A stretch of DNA of 64,000 nt. Origin: Chrysomallon squamiferum. Taxonomy: Eukaryota > Animalia > Mollusca. The stretch covers positions 20,646,001 through 20,710,000 of the forward strand of contig CM022679.1 of NCBI GenBank assembly GCA_012295275.1, in the 5' to 3' direction. The notes beneath the pieces are model-generated. The model did not search any database, was not told where the DNA came from, and was given only the letters and a program-made list of their open reading frames with translations. Every line of letters begins with the position of its first letter. The first letter of the stretch is position 1. Below, piece after piece: positions 61,401 through 64,000 of this stretch. The position numbers and the translations under genes are program-made.

Positions 61401-64000
61401 TTCACTGGTATTTAGAGTTGCCTCCCTTATGTGAGATGTGTTCACTGGTATTTAGAGTCGCCTCCCCTATGTGAGATGTGTTCACTGGTATTTAGAGTCG
61501 CCTCCCTTATGTGAGATGTGTTCACTGGCATACTTAGAGTTGCCTCCCTTATGTGAGATGTGTTCACTGGTATTTAGAGTCGCCTCCCCTATGTGAGATG
61601 TGTTCACTGGCATACTTAGAGTTGCCTCCCTTATGTGAGATGTGTTCACTGGTATTTAGAGTCGCCTCCCCTATGTGAGATGTGTTCACTGGCATACTTA
61701 GAGTTGCCTCCCTTATGTGAGATGTGTTCACTGGTATTAAGAAAATAAGACAGAAAACTCGAATACAAAAGCTTAACTAAATAATCAGTGAGAGCAGAGT
61801 GTTTAAACTGATTAAAGTGTTTCATAAATAAATAATAAAGAAATGGTAACACGTAGAAAAAAGAAGGAAGGATGGAATGAAAGATAGGAAATAAAAGATG
61901 GAAAAGATAGAAAGAAAAGAAAGAAAGAAAGATAGAAAAGAAAGAAGGAAGGATAGAAAGAAAAGAAGGAAGGAAGGAAAGAAAGAAAGAAAATATTGAA
62001 GCAGCTTAAAGAATGAACAAAAATGAAAAATTGAATATAAAAAGAAAAAGCTAACGTAACAGAAGGAAGTGTGGTACTATTTAAACGCAGCATTCTTTCA
62101 ACTTTTATTCATAATAAAATATAAAATGGTATGTGGACTGCATTGATAAGCAGGGTAAGAATTTCCATATTGAATTTCTTGTTTTTGTTACTGGGAAAGA
62201 AAACAGAGAATACTGACTGACTGAAAAAAAAAAATAAAAATAAAAGTTTATGCGAAATATGTTAACTGATATATTTAGAGTCGAAATGTGAGAATGTTAA
62301 CTGATATATTTAGAGTTGCCTCCCCTTATGTGAGATGTGTTCACATTTAGAGTCGCCTATATTTAGAGTGTTCACTGGTATTTAGCCTCCCCTTATGTGA
62401 GATGTGTTCACTGGTATTTAGAGTTGCCTCCCTTATGTGAGATGTGTTCACTGGTATTTAGAGTCGCCTCCCTTATGTGAGATGTGTTCACTGGCATACT
62501 TAGAGTTGCCTCCCTTATGTGAGATGTGTTCACTGGTATTTAGAGTCGCCTCCCCTATGTGAGATGTGTTCACTGGCATACTTAGAGTTGCCTCCCTTAT
62601 GTGAGATGTGTTCACTGGTATTAAGAAAATAAGACAGAAAACTCGAATACAAAAGCTTAACTAAATAATCAGTGAGAGCAGAGTGTTTAAACTGATTAAA
62701 GTGTTTCATAAATAAATAATAAAGAAATGGTAACACGTAGAAAAAAGAAGGAAGGATGGAATGAAAGATAGGAAATAAAAGATGGAAAAGATAGAAAGAA
62801 AAGAAAGAAAGAAAGATAGAAAAGAAAGAAGGAAGGATAGAAAGAAAAAAAAGAAGGAAGGAAAGAAAGAAAGAAAGAAAATATTGAAGCAGCTTAAAGA
62901 ATGAACAAAAATGAAAAATTGAAATATATAAAAAGAAAAAGCTAACGTAACAGAAGGAAGTGTGGTACTATTTAAACGCAGCATTCTTTCAACTTTTATT
63001 CATAATAAAATATAAAATGGTATGTGGACTGCATTGATAAGCATGGAATAAGAATTTCCATATTGAATTTCTTCATTTTGTTACTGGGAAAGAAAACAGA
63101 GAATACTGACTGACTGAAGAAAAAAAATAAAAATAAAAGTTTATGCGAAATATGTTAACTGATATATTTAGAGTCGCCTCCCTTATGTGAGAAGTGTTCA
63201 CTGATATATTTAGAGTCGCCTCCCTTATGTGAGAAGTGTTCACTGGCATATTTAGAGTTGCCTCCCTTATGTGAGATGTGTTCACTGGTATTTAGAGTCG
63301 CCTCCCCTATGTGAGATGTGTTCACTGGTATTTAGAGTCGCCTCCCTTATGTGAGATGTGTTCACTGGCATACTTAGAGTTGCCTCCCTTATGTGAGATG
63401 TGTTCACTGGTATTAATAAAATAAGATAGAAAACTCGAATATAAAAGCTCAACTAAATAATCAGTGATAGCAGAGTGTTTCAACTGATTAAAGTGTTTCA
63501 TAAATAAATAATAAAGAAATGGTAACACGTAGAAAAAAGAAGGAAGGATGGAATGAAAGATAGGAAATAAAAGATGGAAAAGATAGAAAGAAAAGAAAGA
63601 AAGAAAGATAGAAAAGAAAGAAGGAAGGATAGAAAGAAAAGAAGGAAGGAAAGAAAGAAAGAAAGAAAATATTGAAGCAGCTTAAAGAATGAACAAAAAT
63701 GAAAAATTGAATATAAAAAGGAAAAGCTAACGTAACAGAAGGAAGCGTGGTACTATTTAAACGCAGCATTCTTTCAACTTTTATTCATAATAAAATATAA
63801 AATGATATGAGGACTGCATTGATAAGCAGGGTAAGAATTTCCATATTGAATTTCTTGTTTTTGTTACTGGGAAAGAAAACAGAGAATACTGACTGACTGA
63901 AGAAAAAAAAATAAAAATAAAAGTTTATGCGAAATATGTTAACTGATATATTTAGAGTCGCCTCCCTTATGTGAGAAGTGTTCACTGATATATTTAGAGT
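55460..64000. repeat. Nested tandem satellite: ~500-bp constant block plus variable array of 40/42-bp monomers; 10 units, continuing past window end
   Basis: Marker GGTACTATTTAAAC at 55793, 56816, 57602, 58465, 59325, 60272, 61129, 62073, 62964, 63749; monomer TTAGAGT(T/C)GCCTCCC(T/C)TATGTGAGATGTGTTCACTGG(CATAC/TAT). Confidence 0.97.

Noticed and set aside
56014-63985. Repeated minus-strand ORFs (MNTSHIREATL..., MLRLNSTTLPS..., MLPFLYY...)
   Set aside because: Translations of the satellite; 40-bp monomers break frame, copies gain and lose stops freely, no splice or homology support.
55975-64000. CRISPR array (40-42-bp repeats after an AT-rich leader-like block)
   Set aside because: Monomers are contiguous with no unique spacers, no cas genes, eukaryotic context; it is a minisatellite inside a satellite.

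Overview
AT-rich animal (most likely invertebrate, plausibly molluscan) nuclear DNA with GT-AG introns; no prokaryotic features and no CRISPR. Four protein-coding genes can be reconstructed exon by exon with consistent splice phases. (1) The 3' part (13 exons, ~1809 aa, two giant exons) of an MPRIP/outspread/TRIOBP-family coiled-coil gene on + (6897-19604). (2) TOMM22 on - (3 exons, 143 aa). (3) The mitochondrial dicarboxylate carrier SLC25A10 on + (9 exons), head-to-head with TOMM22; its first exon as given has no in-frame ATG (ATG-ACT-GAC-TAA, one base out of frame). (4) An 8-exon, 391-aa methylthioribose-kinase (MtnK/MTK1)-like gene on - whose catalytic HGD motif reads HGN and whose GDGNLN loop reads EGGSHN. 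Mobile DNA includes two copies of a Tigger/pogo deletion derivative, two inverted copies of a hAT-type MITE, an RTE-like LINE tail and a stop-disrupted FLYWCH (Mutator/Phantom-like) fragment. The last ~8.5 kb is a nested tandem satellite (constant ~500-bp block plus 7-11 monomers of 40/42 bp; period quantised at ~785/860/945 bp) that starts directly after the FLYWCH fragment and runs off the window end. All homology calls are from recognised motifs, not database searches.
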